Of a stretch of 64,000 nucleotides of DNA, positions 47,132 through 56,202 are shown piece by piece. Source of the stretch: Chloroflexota bacterium. GTDB lineage: Bacteria > Chloroflexota > Limnocylindria > Limnocylindrales > CSP1-4. The stretch spans positions 47,279 through 111,278 of the forward strand of contig JAJYLZ010000003.1 of NCBI GenBank assembly GCA_021787395.1, written 5' to 3'. Both the position numbers and the translations under genes were made by a program. Under the pieces are notes generated by a model. That model made no database searches. It had not been told where the DNA came from and saw only the letters and a list, made by a program, of their open reading frames with translations. Position 1 is the stretch's first letter. Each line of letters starts with the position of its first letter.

Positions 47132-49294
47132 CTACTCCTCGCCCGACGCGGCCCGGCGCGACTCCAGCTCCACCACCTTGTTCTGCGGGTACGCGATCCG
47201 CTGGTGGTACATCCCGAGCAGCTGGCCCACGAACGCCTCGCGGATCCGCTCGAGGTCGCGCAGGGTCAGGTCGCACTCGTCGAACTGGTCGTCGCTGATG
47301 CGCTCCTCGAAGATGCGGCCCACCATCGCGCGGATCGCCGCCTCGTCGCGGGAAGACAGGGATCGGACCGACGCCTCGACCGAGTCCGCCAGCATGATGA
47401 TCGCCGCCTCCCGCGACTGCGGCTTGGGGCCGCCGTGGCGGAACTTGCGGACGTCGACCGCGTCGGCCGCCTTGCGGCCCTCGGGCGTGTCGAGGCCGCC
47501 GTGCGGGGCCGCCGCGATCTCCCTCGCCCGGGCGTAGAAGTACGACATGACGCCCGTGCCGTGGTGCTGCGGGATGAACGCGATCAGCTGCTTGGGCAGG
47601 CCCGCCTCGTAGGCGATGTCGATGCCCGCCGAGATGTGGCTCTTGAGCAGTGCCGCCGACTGCTCGGGGTCCAGCTCGTCGTGGATGTTCTCGCCGCCGG
47701 CCTGGTTCTCGATGAACGCGACCGGATTGGAGAGCTTGCCCACGTCGTGGTAGTAGGCGGCGACCCGAGCCACCAGCGGGTCGGCACCGATCGCCTCGGC
47801 GGCCCTCTCGGCCAGGTTGCCCACCATCAGGCTGTGGTGGTACGTGCCCGGCGTCTCGACCAGGAGCCGGCGCAGCAGCGGCGCGCTCGGGTTCGCCAGC
47901 TCGAGCAGCTGGAACACGGTCAGGATGCCGAACACCGAGCCGACCACGGCCACCGAGCCCGCGGTCGCGACGGCAGCGCCGCCGGACGAGACCGCGGACG
48001 CGCCGATCAGCTCCAGCACGCCCCGCACGTCCTGGCGGCCCAGCAGCGCGAACGTCACGATGACCACGGACTGGACCACGAACACGGCCGCGCCCGCCCG
48101 GACGAACACCGAGAGGCGGTCGCCGCGGCGGACCGCCACCATGCCCGCGATGCCGCCCAGCAGGATGTAGGCCGCCAGCTCGAGGCCGCCGCCGTAGCCG
48201 CCGCCGTTGACCGCGGCCGCCAGGATCGCCAGCAGCGAGGTGAGCACGAGCGCCGCGCCGCCGTCGAGCAGCACCGTGACGAGCATGCCCACGGCGCTCA
48301 GGGGCAGCGCGTAGGGCAGCCAGTAGCGGCCCGCCGTGAGCTTGAGCGCGAGCACGGCCACCAGCAGGATCAGGCTCAGCAGCAGGAGCACGTTGTTGCG
48401 GTGCCAGAACTCCCGCCGGAACCGCCAGGTCCACACCAGGAGCAGGGCCACGGTGAGGATCGACAGCACCAGGAAGCCGATCAGCCGGGCGACGTCGAGG
48501 CCGCCCTGGTTGAGCCCGAAGTAGGTGATCGCCTCGTACGCGACGTCGTCGATGCGGACCCCGTTGGCGACGATCGTCTCGCCCTGCTCCCAGCTCTGCT
48601 GGACCGGCTGGACGGCGGCCGCCGCGGCGGCCTTCGCCTGCTGGGTCAGCTGCTCCGAGTAGGTGGAGTTGGGCACGAGCAGCGGGCGCACGATGGCCGC
48701 GGCCAGCGAGATCTCGTCCGGCGAGAGGCCGCCGGCCATCCGGTCGGTGAGGTTCGCCTGGACCAGCGCCAGCTCGCTGTCGCGCAGCTCGGCGGTCTCG
48801 AGCGAGGACAGGACCCGCGCCGCCTCCGTCCGGACCGCCGTCCAGCGCTCCGGGGTGAGGTTCATCAGGGTCTTGCGGTCGGCCGAGGTCAGGTTGCCGA
48901 GCGCGCTCGCGAGGATCGCCTGCCGCCCGAGGTCGGTGACGCCGGGCGCGTAGGCCGCGTCGACGACCTGCGCCTCCTGCTCGAACGCCCGGGCCTGCTG
49001 GGCGGCGACGGCGGCGGCGCCGGCGGCCGTGTAGGTGTACTGGGGCTCGACGGCGGCGCTGGCGGCCTGGCGCGCCTGCTCGGTGAGGACCTGGCTCGTG
49101 TAGGCGGCGGCGCGCGGCGCCTGGACCACGGCCGGCGCGGGCATGCCCAGCTCGAGGCTGGGCTGGGCGGGCAGGACGTCGAGGCCCAGGATCGCCGACA
49201 TCGCCGCGATCAGGAGCGCGGACGCGGCCAGCAGCCGGCCCAGGTCGCGGCGGGTGAAGGCGGCGTCGGTGTGGGCGGACGAGGACGTGAGCAT
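47132..49294 (-). CDS. 7TM receptor with intracellular HD hydrolase (PgpH/YqfF-like HDIG membrane phosphohydrolase)
   Basis: N-terminal extracellular domain, 7 TM helices, and a C-terminal HD domain (HHSLMVGNLAERAAEAIGAD...YYHDVGK). ATG at 49294. Confidence 0.85.
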   Translation of the reverse strand: MLTSSSAHTDAAFTRRDLGRLLAASALLIAAMSAILGLDVLPAQPSLELGMPAPAVVQAPRAAAYTSQVLTEQARQAASAAVEPQYTYTAAGAAAVAAQQARAFEQEAQVVDAAYAPGVTDLGRQAILASALGNLTSADRKTLMNLTPERWTAVRTEAARVLSSLETAELRDSELALVQANLTDRMAGGLSPDEISLAAAIVRPLLVPNSTYSEQLTQQAKAAAAAAVQPVQQSWEQGETIVANGVRIDDVAYEAITYFGLNQGGLDVARLIGFLVLSILTVALLLVWTWRFRREFWHRNNVLLLLSLILLVAVLALKLTAGRYWLPYALPLSAVGMLVTVLLDGGAALVLTSLLAILAAAVNGGGYGGGLELAAYILLGGIAGMVAVRRGDRLSVFVRAGAAVFVVQSVVIVTFALLGRQDVRGVLELIGASAVSSGGAAVATAGSVAVVGSVFGILTVFQLLELANPSAPLLRRLLVETPGTYHHSLMVGNLAERAAEAIGADPLVARVAAYYHDVGKLSNPVAFIENQAGGENIHDELDPEQSAALLKSHISAGIDIAYEAGLPKQLIAFIPQHHGTGVMSYFYARAREIAAAPHGGLDTPEGRKAADAVDVRKFRHGGPKPQSREAAIIMLADSVEASVRSLSSRDEAAIRAMVGRIFEERISDDQFDECDLTLRDLERIREAFVGQLLGMYHQRIAYPQNKVVELESRRAASGEE

Positions 49295-49304
49295 GGGCGC
49301 GTCC

Positions 49305-49781
49305 CTAGCCGCCGGCCTCGCGGACGGCGGCTTCCGCGCTGGCGAGCGCCTGGGCGACGAGGCCGGAGGCGACCTTGCCGTCGGCACGGCCGCGGATCCG
49401 CGGCGACAGCCAGCCCATGACCCTGCCCAGGTCGCGGCCGGTGGAGGCGCCGGTGGCGGCGATCCCCTCGTCCACGAGGGAGCGCAGCTCGTCCTCGGTC
49501 AGCTGCTGGGGCAGGTAGCCGGTGAGGATGGCGATCTCCGCCTCCTCCTTCGCGGCGAGGTCCTCGCGGCCGCCCTTGCGGAACGCCTCGACGCTCTCGC
49601 GGCGGGTCTTCACCTCGCGGGTGACGACGGCCAGGGCCTCGTCCTCGGACAGGGCCGCCTGCCTCGCCTTCTCAGTCTTGTAGATCGCGTCCTGCACCAT
49701 CCGCAGGACGTCGCGGCGCAGCGCGTCGCCCGACCGCATCGCGGCGGTCGTGTCGTCGTGGAGTCGTTCGCGTAGGGTCAT
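49305..49781 (-). CDS. GatB/YqeY domain protein
   Basis: Typical YqeY sequence (MTLRERLHDDTTAAMRSGDALRRDVLRMV...). It lies immediately downstream of rpsU, as in many bacteria. Confidence 0.8.
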   Translation of the reverse strand: MTLRERLHDDTTAAMRSGDALRRDVLRMVQDAIYKTEKARQAALSEDEALAVVTREVKTRRESVEAFRKGGREDLAAKEEAEIAILTGYLPQQLTEDELRSLVDEGIAATGASTGRDLGRVMGWLSPRIRGRADGKVASGLVAQALASAEAAVREAGG

Positions 49782-49889
49782 CGGACCCTCCTGGGGTGAG
49801 GCGCCCCCGGCGGGGGTGCCGCGGGTCCGCGGCGGGTTGCGCCGGCCGTGCCCGGCCGCTCGCTCGCCCGGCCGCGAACCCGGTCTGGC

Positions 49890-50075
49890 TCAGCCCTGGC
49901 TCGCTCGCGCGTTCTTCTTGCGCTTCGCTTCCTTGCGCTTGCGCTTCACCGACGGCTTCTCGTAGTGCTCACGACGACGCGCCTCGGCGAGGATCCCGCT
50001 CTGCTGGATCTTCTTGTTGAAGCGGCGAAGGGCGCTTTCGAACGTCTCGTTCTCGCCCACTCGGACTTCGGCCAA
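49890..50075 (-). CDS. rpsU: 30S ribosomal protein S21
   Basis: [48 protein letters not shown] is canonical S21. TTG start with a GGAGGTG RBS. Confidence 0.9.
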   Translation of the reverse strand: MAEVRVGENETFESALRRFNKKIQQSGILAEARRREHYEKPSVKRKRKEAKRKKNARASQG

Positions 50076-50298
50076 ACCTGGTTCACCTCCTCGGGCAGGG
50101 GTCTCGGACCCGCTCCCCGTGCGCGATGCCCAGCGGCGCGGGGGCGTCCCGGCGGGGGCCGCACACCCGATCTCGCGGGCGCGCGAAGCCTGCCGACAGG
50201 CCGCCGGAGTGTACGCGGCTCGCGCGGAGGCGTCGAATCGAGCGGAGGGTCGGGCGACCGGTCGGGCCCCGCCCCCGGCGCCCAGCGTCCCGGCGGGC

Positions 50299-51258
50299 CT
50301 ACCGCTGCTGCCCCAGCTGCAGCAGGAAGTCGATCAGCCCGGCGAAGAACGCCTCCTGGTCGTCGTACAGCGCGCAGTGGCTGCCGTTGGGGCAGTGCAG
50401 GTAGCGGCCCTGCGGCAGCCGGCGCGCCATGTCCTCCATGAACGCCGGGTCCATCGTGTCGTGGCGGGCGCCGATCACGAGCGTCGGCACGTCGATCCGC
50501 GCCAGGTCCTCGGTGCGGTCCCAGTCGAGCAGCCTGCCGCTCAGCCCCAGCTCGCTCGGCCCCTGCATCAGCGTGTAGACCTGCTGGTTGATGTGGCGGA
50601 ACATGCGGACCGCCGGCTCCGGCCAGTCCTCGGCCGGCATCCGCAGCACGTGCTCGACGTAGTGGTGCTCCATCAGGAGCTCCATGTAGCGGGGATCGGC
50701 GGTCTCGCCCCGCGCCTCGTAGCCCTTGATCTCGGCCAGGGCCGCCTGGTCCATCCCCGGCATCAGGACGTCCTCGGCGTACGAGTTGTAGGCGCGGCAG
50801 CTGGACATCATGTTCGAGATGACCAGCCCCTTGAGTGCGTCGCCGTGGTGCAGGGCGTACTCCATCGCGAGCAGGCCGCCCCAGCTCTGGCCGAACAGGA
50901 CGAAGCTGGAGCGGTCGAGGCCGAGCGCGAGGCGGACCTGCTCCACCTCGTCGACGAACCGGTCGAGCTGCCAGAGGTCGGGGTCGTCCGGCTGGTCGCT
51001 GTAGGCCGAGCCGAGCTGGTCGTAGTAGTAGTACTCGATGCCCGCGGCCGGCAGGAAGCTGTCGAAGGCCTCGAAGCCCTCGTGCGTGGCGCCCGGGCCG
51101 CCGTGCAGCAGCAGCACCTTGAGCGCCGGGTTGTTGCCGACGCGCTTGGTCCACACGCGGAAGCCGCCCTTGGGCGTGGTGATCGGGATCATCACCGCGC
51201 CGCCGCTCAGCCGGTCGGGTCGGCCGGCGTCGTCAAGGTAGGGGTGGATCGCGGCCAT
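50299..51258 (-). CDS. alpha/beta hydrolase of the prolyl aminopeptidase (S33) family
   Basis: Motifs [12 protein letters not shown] and GQSWGG (nucleophile elbow), with a C-terminal D/H. Confidence 0.85.
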   Translation of the reverse strand: MAAIHPYLDDAGRPDRLSGGAVMIPITTPKGGFRVWTKRVGNNPALKVLLLHGGPGATHEGFEAFDSFLPAAGIEYYYYDQLGSAYSDQPDDPDLWQLDRFVDEVEQVRLALGLDRSSFVLFGQSWGGLLAMEYALHHGDALKGLVISNMMSSCRAYNSYAEDVLMPGMDQAALAEIKGYEARGETADPRYMELLMEHHYVEHVLRMPAEDWPEPAVRMFRHINQQVYTLMQGPSELGLSGRLLDWDRTEDLARIDVPTLVIGARHDTMDPAFMEDMARRLPQGRYLHCPNGSHCALYDDQEAFFAGLIDFLLQLGQQR

Positions 51259-51540
51259 GGCGGTGGGTCCCTCCGCGCTTCGCTGCGTCTGGGTCGGTGC
51301 TCACACCGGCGTGGCGGCGCGACCCGAGCGGCAGACGACGCCAGAGCCCGAGCATATGCCCGATCCGCCGACCCGGAACGCGGCGTCCTCCATGACCACC
51401 GGCGGAGTTAGGACCGCGCGGCAGGCGAGCACGTCGATCACGCTGCCCTCCGTGCTCCGGCCTTCGTCCCCGCTCGACCCGGGCCAGGGCCTTGCCGTAG
51501 GCGGCTATGCTGGCGCTCTGGAGGTGGCGGCTCGGCAATC

Positions 51541-54339
51541 GTGAGCGGGAGCGGCGCCAAGTTCGTTGGGCGCTCCGGGGAACTCGGGGCGCTGCGCGCC
51601 CTGGGATCGCTCGCCGCGGGCGGACGAACCGCGGCGGCGGCGGTCGTCGCCGAGCCGGGCATCGGCAAGTCGTGGCTCCTTGCGGAAGCGGCGTCGACGA
51701 TCCGCCTTCCGTCCGTGCATGTCCAGGGATACGAGCCGGGGCGCGAGATCGCATTCGCCGCGGCCGGCGGGCTCCTGCGTGCGCTGTCGCGCGCCCCGGC
51801 CGATGGCAGCCGGCTCGAGGCGATGCTCCTCGGCGAGGCCGGAACCGCCGGCACGCTCGAAACGGTCCGGCTGTTCGAGGTCGGATTCCGATGCCTCGTC
51901 GAGCTGGCTCCGGTCGCCATTCTCGCGGACGACCTGCAGTGGGCGGACACGGAGACGCTCGCATTCCTCCACTACCTCGTCGCGGCGGCACAGGCCGACC
52001 GGGTCGCCCTGCTCCTCCTGTGCGCCAGTCGCCCCTCGGAGGCGGTCGAGCCGTTCGCCCGCGGTCTGGCCGAGCTCCTCACGCACCCGTACTTCCGGCG
52101 CATCGAGCTCGGGCCGCTGGGGCGGGAGGAGGGCATTGAGCTCGTCTCGGCGGTCACGCCGGGTCTCGGCGAGGAGGCGGCGGAGCGGCTGTGGCGTCGG
52201 GCCAAGGGGTCGCCGTTCTGGCTGGCCGCGCTGGCCGCCGAGAGCGGCGGGGGGGCCGACCCGACGGAGCTGATCCGCGGTCGGTGCGCCGGTCTTGACG
52301 CGGATTCCCGTCACCTGTTCGCCCTGCTGCTCGTGGCCGGCCAGCCGATGGCGGTCCAGGACCTCGCAGAGATTCTCGGCTGGCCGGACGAACGCGCCAG
52401 CCGGGCCGGCCGCAGCCTCGTCAATCGCGGGCTCGGTCTGATGAACGGCAACTTGCGGGTCGCCCATGACCTCATCCGGGAGTCCGCCGTGGTGACGATC
52501 CCAGACGACGAGCGGCGGGGCCTGGCGCGGCGGCTCGCCGAGTGGCTCGAGAGGTCGGCCGGCGAGGACATCCGAGCGCTCTCGCACGCGCTCGAGCACC
52601 GTCTCGCTGCCGGGCTGCCGGCCGGCGAGCTGGCGCTCCGCATCGCCAGCTCGTCGCAGCGGCGACTGCTCGGGGGCGAGGGCCTCTCGACCCTGGCGTC
52701 GATCGCAGACACGGCCACCGGCGAGACTGGGGTCGCCCTGCGGCGCTCGGTCGCGCGGCTAGCGAGCGAGCTGGGCCAATGGGATGTCGCGCTCGAGCGC
52801 TGGGCCGAGCTCGCCGACCGCCTCCCCGCAGACGCTGATCGCGCCGAGGCAGCGCTCGCGGCCGCTGCGGCGGCGTTCCGCCTCGAACGGCCCGGCGAGG
52901 TCCACGCGTTTGCGCGTCGTGCCCGAGCGGCTGGCCAGTCAGACCCTCGCATCGCGATCGAGGCTGACTGCCGCGACGTCCAGGCATTCAACTGGCTGGA
53001 AGGCCGGCCGGCCGACGCACAGCCGCTCGTCGATCGAGCGGTCGAATCCGCCGAGGCGCTCGCCGAGGGGGCGGGCGGCGTCGATGCCCTCGACGATGCG
53101 TCCTGCGACGCCTACGTCAGGGCTGTCCGGGCGAAGCTCGATGCAGCCATCCGGCGAGCTGACGCCGAGACGGTCGCGGACTGCGCCGGCCTGATCCAGC
53201 GTGTCGCGCGCGATCCCGCCGAGGCGCTCGCAGCGGCGTCGGACGCGATCTTCTCGACGCTCCAGTTCGAGGGCCTGCCCGGATCTGCCGAGCCGCGCGC
53301 GAACCGGGCGCTCGAGGAGGCGCGGCGGCTCGCCCTGCCAAACCTCGAGGTCGAGGCGACGCACTGGGCAGGCTGGTGCGCCCAGCATCGGGGGCGCCTC
53401 GACGAAGCGAGCGACCTGCTGCGGGAGGCGATCGCCCTCGCACAGCGCGTCGGATCGCCGCGCCGCTTCACCCTCGCGCAGTTGAACGCCATCCTGGCCA
53501 GCGTCGAGGCGAGCCGCGGCGATTGGCGCAGCGCGATCGCCGTCATCGAGCAGGCGATCGCGGACGAGCCGAACCCCCACTTCAGGCTTGTGATCCACAC
53601 GCTGCACCTCTGGGTCCTCGGCCGCTTCGCAGCCCCGGGATCGGTTCGCCTCGACGCGCTCATGGCGGCGATCGCGCCGGCGATCGACGCGGCGGGCTGC
53701 GGCCGCTGCCATGGAGAGGTCCTGCTCCACGGCGCCGAGGCGGCGGCCCGGCTGGGCGAACTCGAGCTGGCCGAGGCACTGCTCCGCGAGTGGGACGTCG
53801 GGCAGCCGACGCCGCATCCCGGGCCGACTGCCCGGCGCGCGTACGCGGCGGCACTGGTGGCGGCGGGACGAGACCCTGGCGACAGCCTGCCTTGGTTCGA
53901 TCGCGCCGCTGAGCAGGCGAAGGCGGCGGGGCATGACCTGATGCGGCTCTGGATCGAACTCGACCGGGCGATTGCACTCGCCGATGTCGACCGGGCCCGC
54001 GCGGTGAGCGCACTCCAGGTCCTTGCCAGCGAGGCCGATGCGATGGGGGCGGTGAGCGAGCAGCAACTCGCAACCCGGAAGCTCCGGGCGCTGGGCGTCC
54101 GCACGTGGCGGCGCGGGCGAACGGCGAACGCCGGCGAGCTCACCACCCGGGAGCGCGAGATTGCCGCGCTGGTCGCCGCGGGAGCCAGCAACCCGGAGAT
54201 CGCGCAGGCGCTCTTCCTGTCGCGGAAGACCGTGGAGCGGCACGTCTCGAACATCCTGGTCACGCTCGGGGCGCGTAACCGTGCCGAGCTCGCGGCGCGA
54301 CTTGTCGGGAGCGAGAGCCCCATCCGACGGGGCCCGTGA
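51541..54339 (+). CDS. large LuxR-family transcriptional regulator with an N-terminal AAA/P-loop ATPase and a TPR-like middle (LAL/MalT-like)
   Basis: Walker A AEPGIGKSWLL. C-terminal LuxR HTH (LTTREREIAALVAAGASNPEIAQALFLSRKTVERHVSNIL). GTG start. Confidence 0.8.
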   Translation: MSGSGAKFVGRSGELGALRALGSLAAGGRTAAAAVVAEPGIGKSWLLAEAASTIRLPSVHVQGYEPGREIAFAAAGGLLRALSRAPADGSRLEAMLLGEAGTAGTLETVRLFEVGFRCLVELAPVAILADDLQWADTETLAFLHYLVAAAQADRVALLLLCASRPSEAVEPFARGLAELLTHPYFRRIELGPLGREEGIELVSAVTPGLGEEAAERLWRRAKGSPFWLAALAAESGGGADPTELIRGRCAGLDADSRHLFALLLVAGQPMAVQDLAEILGWPDERASRAGRSLVNRGLGLMNGNLRVAHDLIRESAVVTIPDDERRGLARRLAEWLERSAGEDIRALSHALEHRLAAGLPAGELALRIASSSQRRLLGGEGLSTLASIADTATGETGVALRRSVARLASELGQWDVALERWAELADRLPADADRAEAALAAAAAAFRLERPGEVHAFARRARAAGQSDPRIAIEADCRDVQAFNWLEGRPADAQPLVDRAVESAEALAEGAGGVDALDDASCDAYVRAVRAKLDAAIRRADAETVADCAGLIQRVARDPAEALAAASDAIFSTLQFEGLPGSAEPRANRALEEARRLALPNLEVEATHWAGWCAQHRGRLDEASDLLREAIALAQRVGSPRRFTLAQLNAILASVEASRGDWRSAIAVIEQAIADEPNPHFRLVIHTLHLWVLGRFAAPGSVRLDALMAAIAPAIDAAGCGRCHGEVLLHGAEAAARLGELELAEALLREWDVGQPTPHPGPTARRAYAAALVAAGRDPGDSLPWFDRAAEQAKAAGHDLMRLWIELDRAIALADVDRARAVSALQVLASEADAMGAVSEQQLATRKLRALGVRTWRRGRTANAGELTTREREIAALVAAGASNPEIAQALFLSRKTVERHVSNILVTLGARNRAELAARLVGSESPIRRGP

Positions 54340-54410
54340 TCGATCCCCAGCGAAGATGTGGGGGAGTTGCCCGATGATCGCCGGCCACGAGCGCGCCATG
54401 GTGCCCTCCG

Positions 54411-54689
54411 ATGGGGCTGCTGGTCGTGCTCGTACCTGCTGATCACCGCGGCTTGACGCTCGGCCAAGCCGCCGTCGAGGCGTTCGCCCGCCTCGGGGTG
54501 ACCAGCGTCTCCCTTGTGCGGGACGAGCAGATCGCGGGCGTCATCCTGGAGGGCTGGGCGTTCGATGGCAGGCGTGCGGACGCGGCACTGGCCGCGCTCG
54601 GAGTGACGCCGGGCGAGGCGCGGACGTTGCAGCCGGTGGTGCAGATGGCGGTCACGTCCGCCGCGATCGAAGGAGGAGTCCTCGAATGA
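54411..54689 (+). CDS. small hypothetical protein (92 aa)
   Basis: The composition looks coding. ATGA overlap with the downstream secreted peptide gene. No clear RBS. Confidence 0.4.
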   Translation: MGLLVVLVPADHRGLTLGQAAVEAFARLGVTSVSLVRDEQIAGVILEGWAFDGRRADAALAALGVTPGEARTLQPVVQMAVTSAAIEGGVLE

Positions 54690-54946
54690 AGCGCCTCGCA
54701 CTGGCACTCGCGCTCGTCGCCACGCTGGCGTTCGCCGGCACGGCGGCAGCCGCAGACCCGCCGGCGACGCCCACGGGCTACGCGGGGGCGGCGAACATGG
54801 TCAACCCCAACGCGCTGCCGGGCATGCTGAATGCCATGACCCAGGACGCGAACGGCAACGGCAACGGCGGCATGTGGTGTGCGGTGTACATCACGAATGG
54901 CCTGCAGGCGCCGGCCGGCTGCTCGGCCGTCAACGTCAGCTACTAG
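54686..54946 (+). CDS. small secreted Cys-containing protein (86 aa)
   Basis: AGGAGG RBS about 9 nt upstream. Signal peptide MKRLALALALVATLAFAGTAAAA. Mature region has 2 Cys and a GNGNGG stretch. Confidence 0.5.
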   Translation: MKRLALALALVATLAFAGTAAAADPPATPTGYAGAANMVNPNALPGMLNAMTQDANGNGNGGMWCAVYITNGLQAPAGCSAVNVSY

Positions 54947-55091
54947 CGCCGGAGCGGGCTGAGCGCGACGGGCGCTCGGCTGCGTGGCGTCGAGCCGCGT
55001 AGACCCGGGGAGAGGCGACGGGTTGGGCCAAGGCGGCCCAACCCGTCGCGCATGCGACTCCCGCCGCGACCGCCGGCTGACAGCCGGTCCC

Positions 55092-55160
55092 GTCTAGTCC
55101 GTTTAGACTGCGCATTGCAGTACAGATGTAACGTATGGAATGGGCCAGATGTACTGTCGA
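55092..55160. promoter_or_regulatory. AT-richer promoter/operator region with GTCTA-N7-TAGAC and a CAGTACAGATG / CAGATGTACTG repeat pair
   Basis: Seen directly about 90-150 nt upstream of the 55242 gene. Local GC is far below the window average. Confidence 0.25.
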
Positions 55161-55241
55161 AATGCCGGCCCGAACCGGGGTTGATCAGGCCGCGGCAGCC
55201 GAGCAGGCCGCGGCGGGGTGCGCACACAGCAAGGAGAGGCG

Positions 55242-56138
55242 ATGTCATCGGTGTTCCGCAAGCTTGCCGTCATGGGGGCGGGCGCAGCGCTCCTGCTCGG
55301 GGCGACGGCCGGGCTGTCAGCGGCCTCCTCGTCCAACAAGACGTACACCCTCGCGGTCAGCCCCGGGACCCTCCCCTACAGCCCGTCCACTGAGACGGCG
55401 CAGTTCACGGCGACCTTCAAGGACACGACACCGAGCGCCTCGATCAACTCGCTGACCCTGACCGCCCCGACGGGGTACACGGTCACGACCGCCCCGTCGC
55501 TCACCGCGAGCTCCGGGAACCTGGGCAACAACTACTCGGTCTCGGTGAGCTCCACGCTGCCGTCGACGATCACCGTGACCAACCTGTACCCGGTGGGCTA
55601 CAACCAGACCCTCACGCTCGCGTTCACGGCGACGGTGGACACCAGCAGCCTCACCTGCTCCAACAACGTCGGCACCTGGAGCTCCAACGCCTGGACCGGC
55701 TCGAACCAGAGCGGCGCCCAGTTCGCCCCCGCCTCGGCAACCACCACCGTGGGCGCCGCCCTGGCCGGCAGCACCAGCTACCCCAACATCGTCACCGGCG
55801 TCACGGTGACCAACAACGCGACCACCTGCGCGCTGGTCGGCATCAGCCGGTCCGGGAACAGCGTCACGGTCCTCAAGCCGGCCGGCTCGACCGTCAACGT
55901 CACGGTCGACGTCCTCTGGAACGCTGAGCCGGCGGTGTACCCGCTGCCGGCAACCCAGGTGGACACCCCGTCGCCGACGCACGACATCCAGTGGTGCGGC
56001 GGAACGTCGAGCTCGCCCACCATGCCGACGGGCGAGGTCTCCTGCCTGATCTCGGAGTCGTCGCAGATCGCCGGGTCCAACACCGTCCAGGTCCACGACG
56101 TGATCGCCCTGGACGGCGACTGGACCGCCCTGCGCTGA
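55242..56138 (+). CDS. secreted Ser/Thr-rich hypothetical protein
   Basis: AGGAGAGG RBS. Signal peptide MSSVFRKLAVMGAGAALLLGATAGLSAAS. T/S-rich beta-type sequence with 4 Cys. Confidence 0.6.
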   Translation: MSSVFRKLAVMGAGAALLLGATAGLSAASSSNKTYTLAVSPGTLPYSPSTETAQFTATFKDTTPSASINSLTLTAPTGYTVTTAPSLTASSGNLGNNYSVSVSSTLPSTITVTNLYPVGYNQTLTLAFTATVDTSSLTCSNNVGTWSSNAWTGSNQSGAQFAPASATTTVGAALAGSTSYPNIVTGVTVTNNATTCALVGISRSGNSVTVLKPAGSTVNVTVDVLWNAEPAVYPLPATQVDTPSPTHDIQWCGGTSSSPTMPTGEVSCLISESSQIAGSNTVQVHDVIALDGDWTALR

Positions 56139-56174
56139 CGCCGGCGCAAGCCAGCCAGACTCCTCCGGAGCGAC

Positions 56175-56199
56175 GAGCGGCCCCCGTCGGGGGCCGCTC
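56175..56199. terminator. bidirectional terminator hairpin (11-bp stem GAGCGGCCCCC / GGGGGCCGCTC, loop gtc), followed by GTTT
   Basis: Perfect inverted repeat between convergent genes (56138 end plus strand, 56203 end minus strand). Confidence 0.45.
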
Positions 56200-56202
56200 G
56201 TT

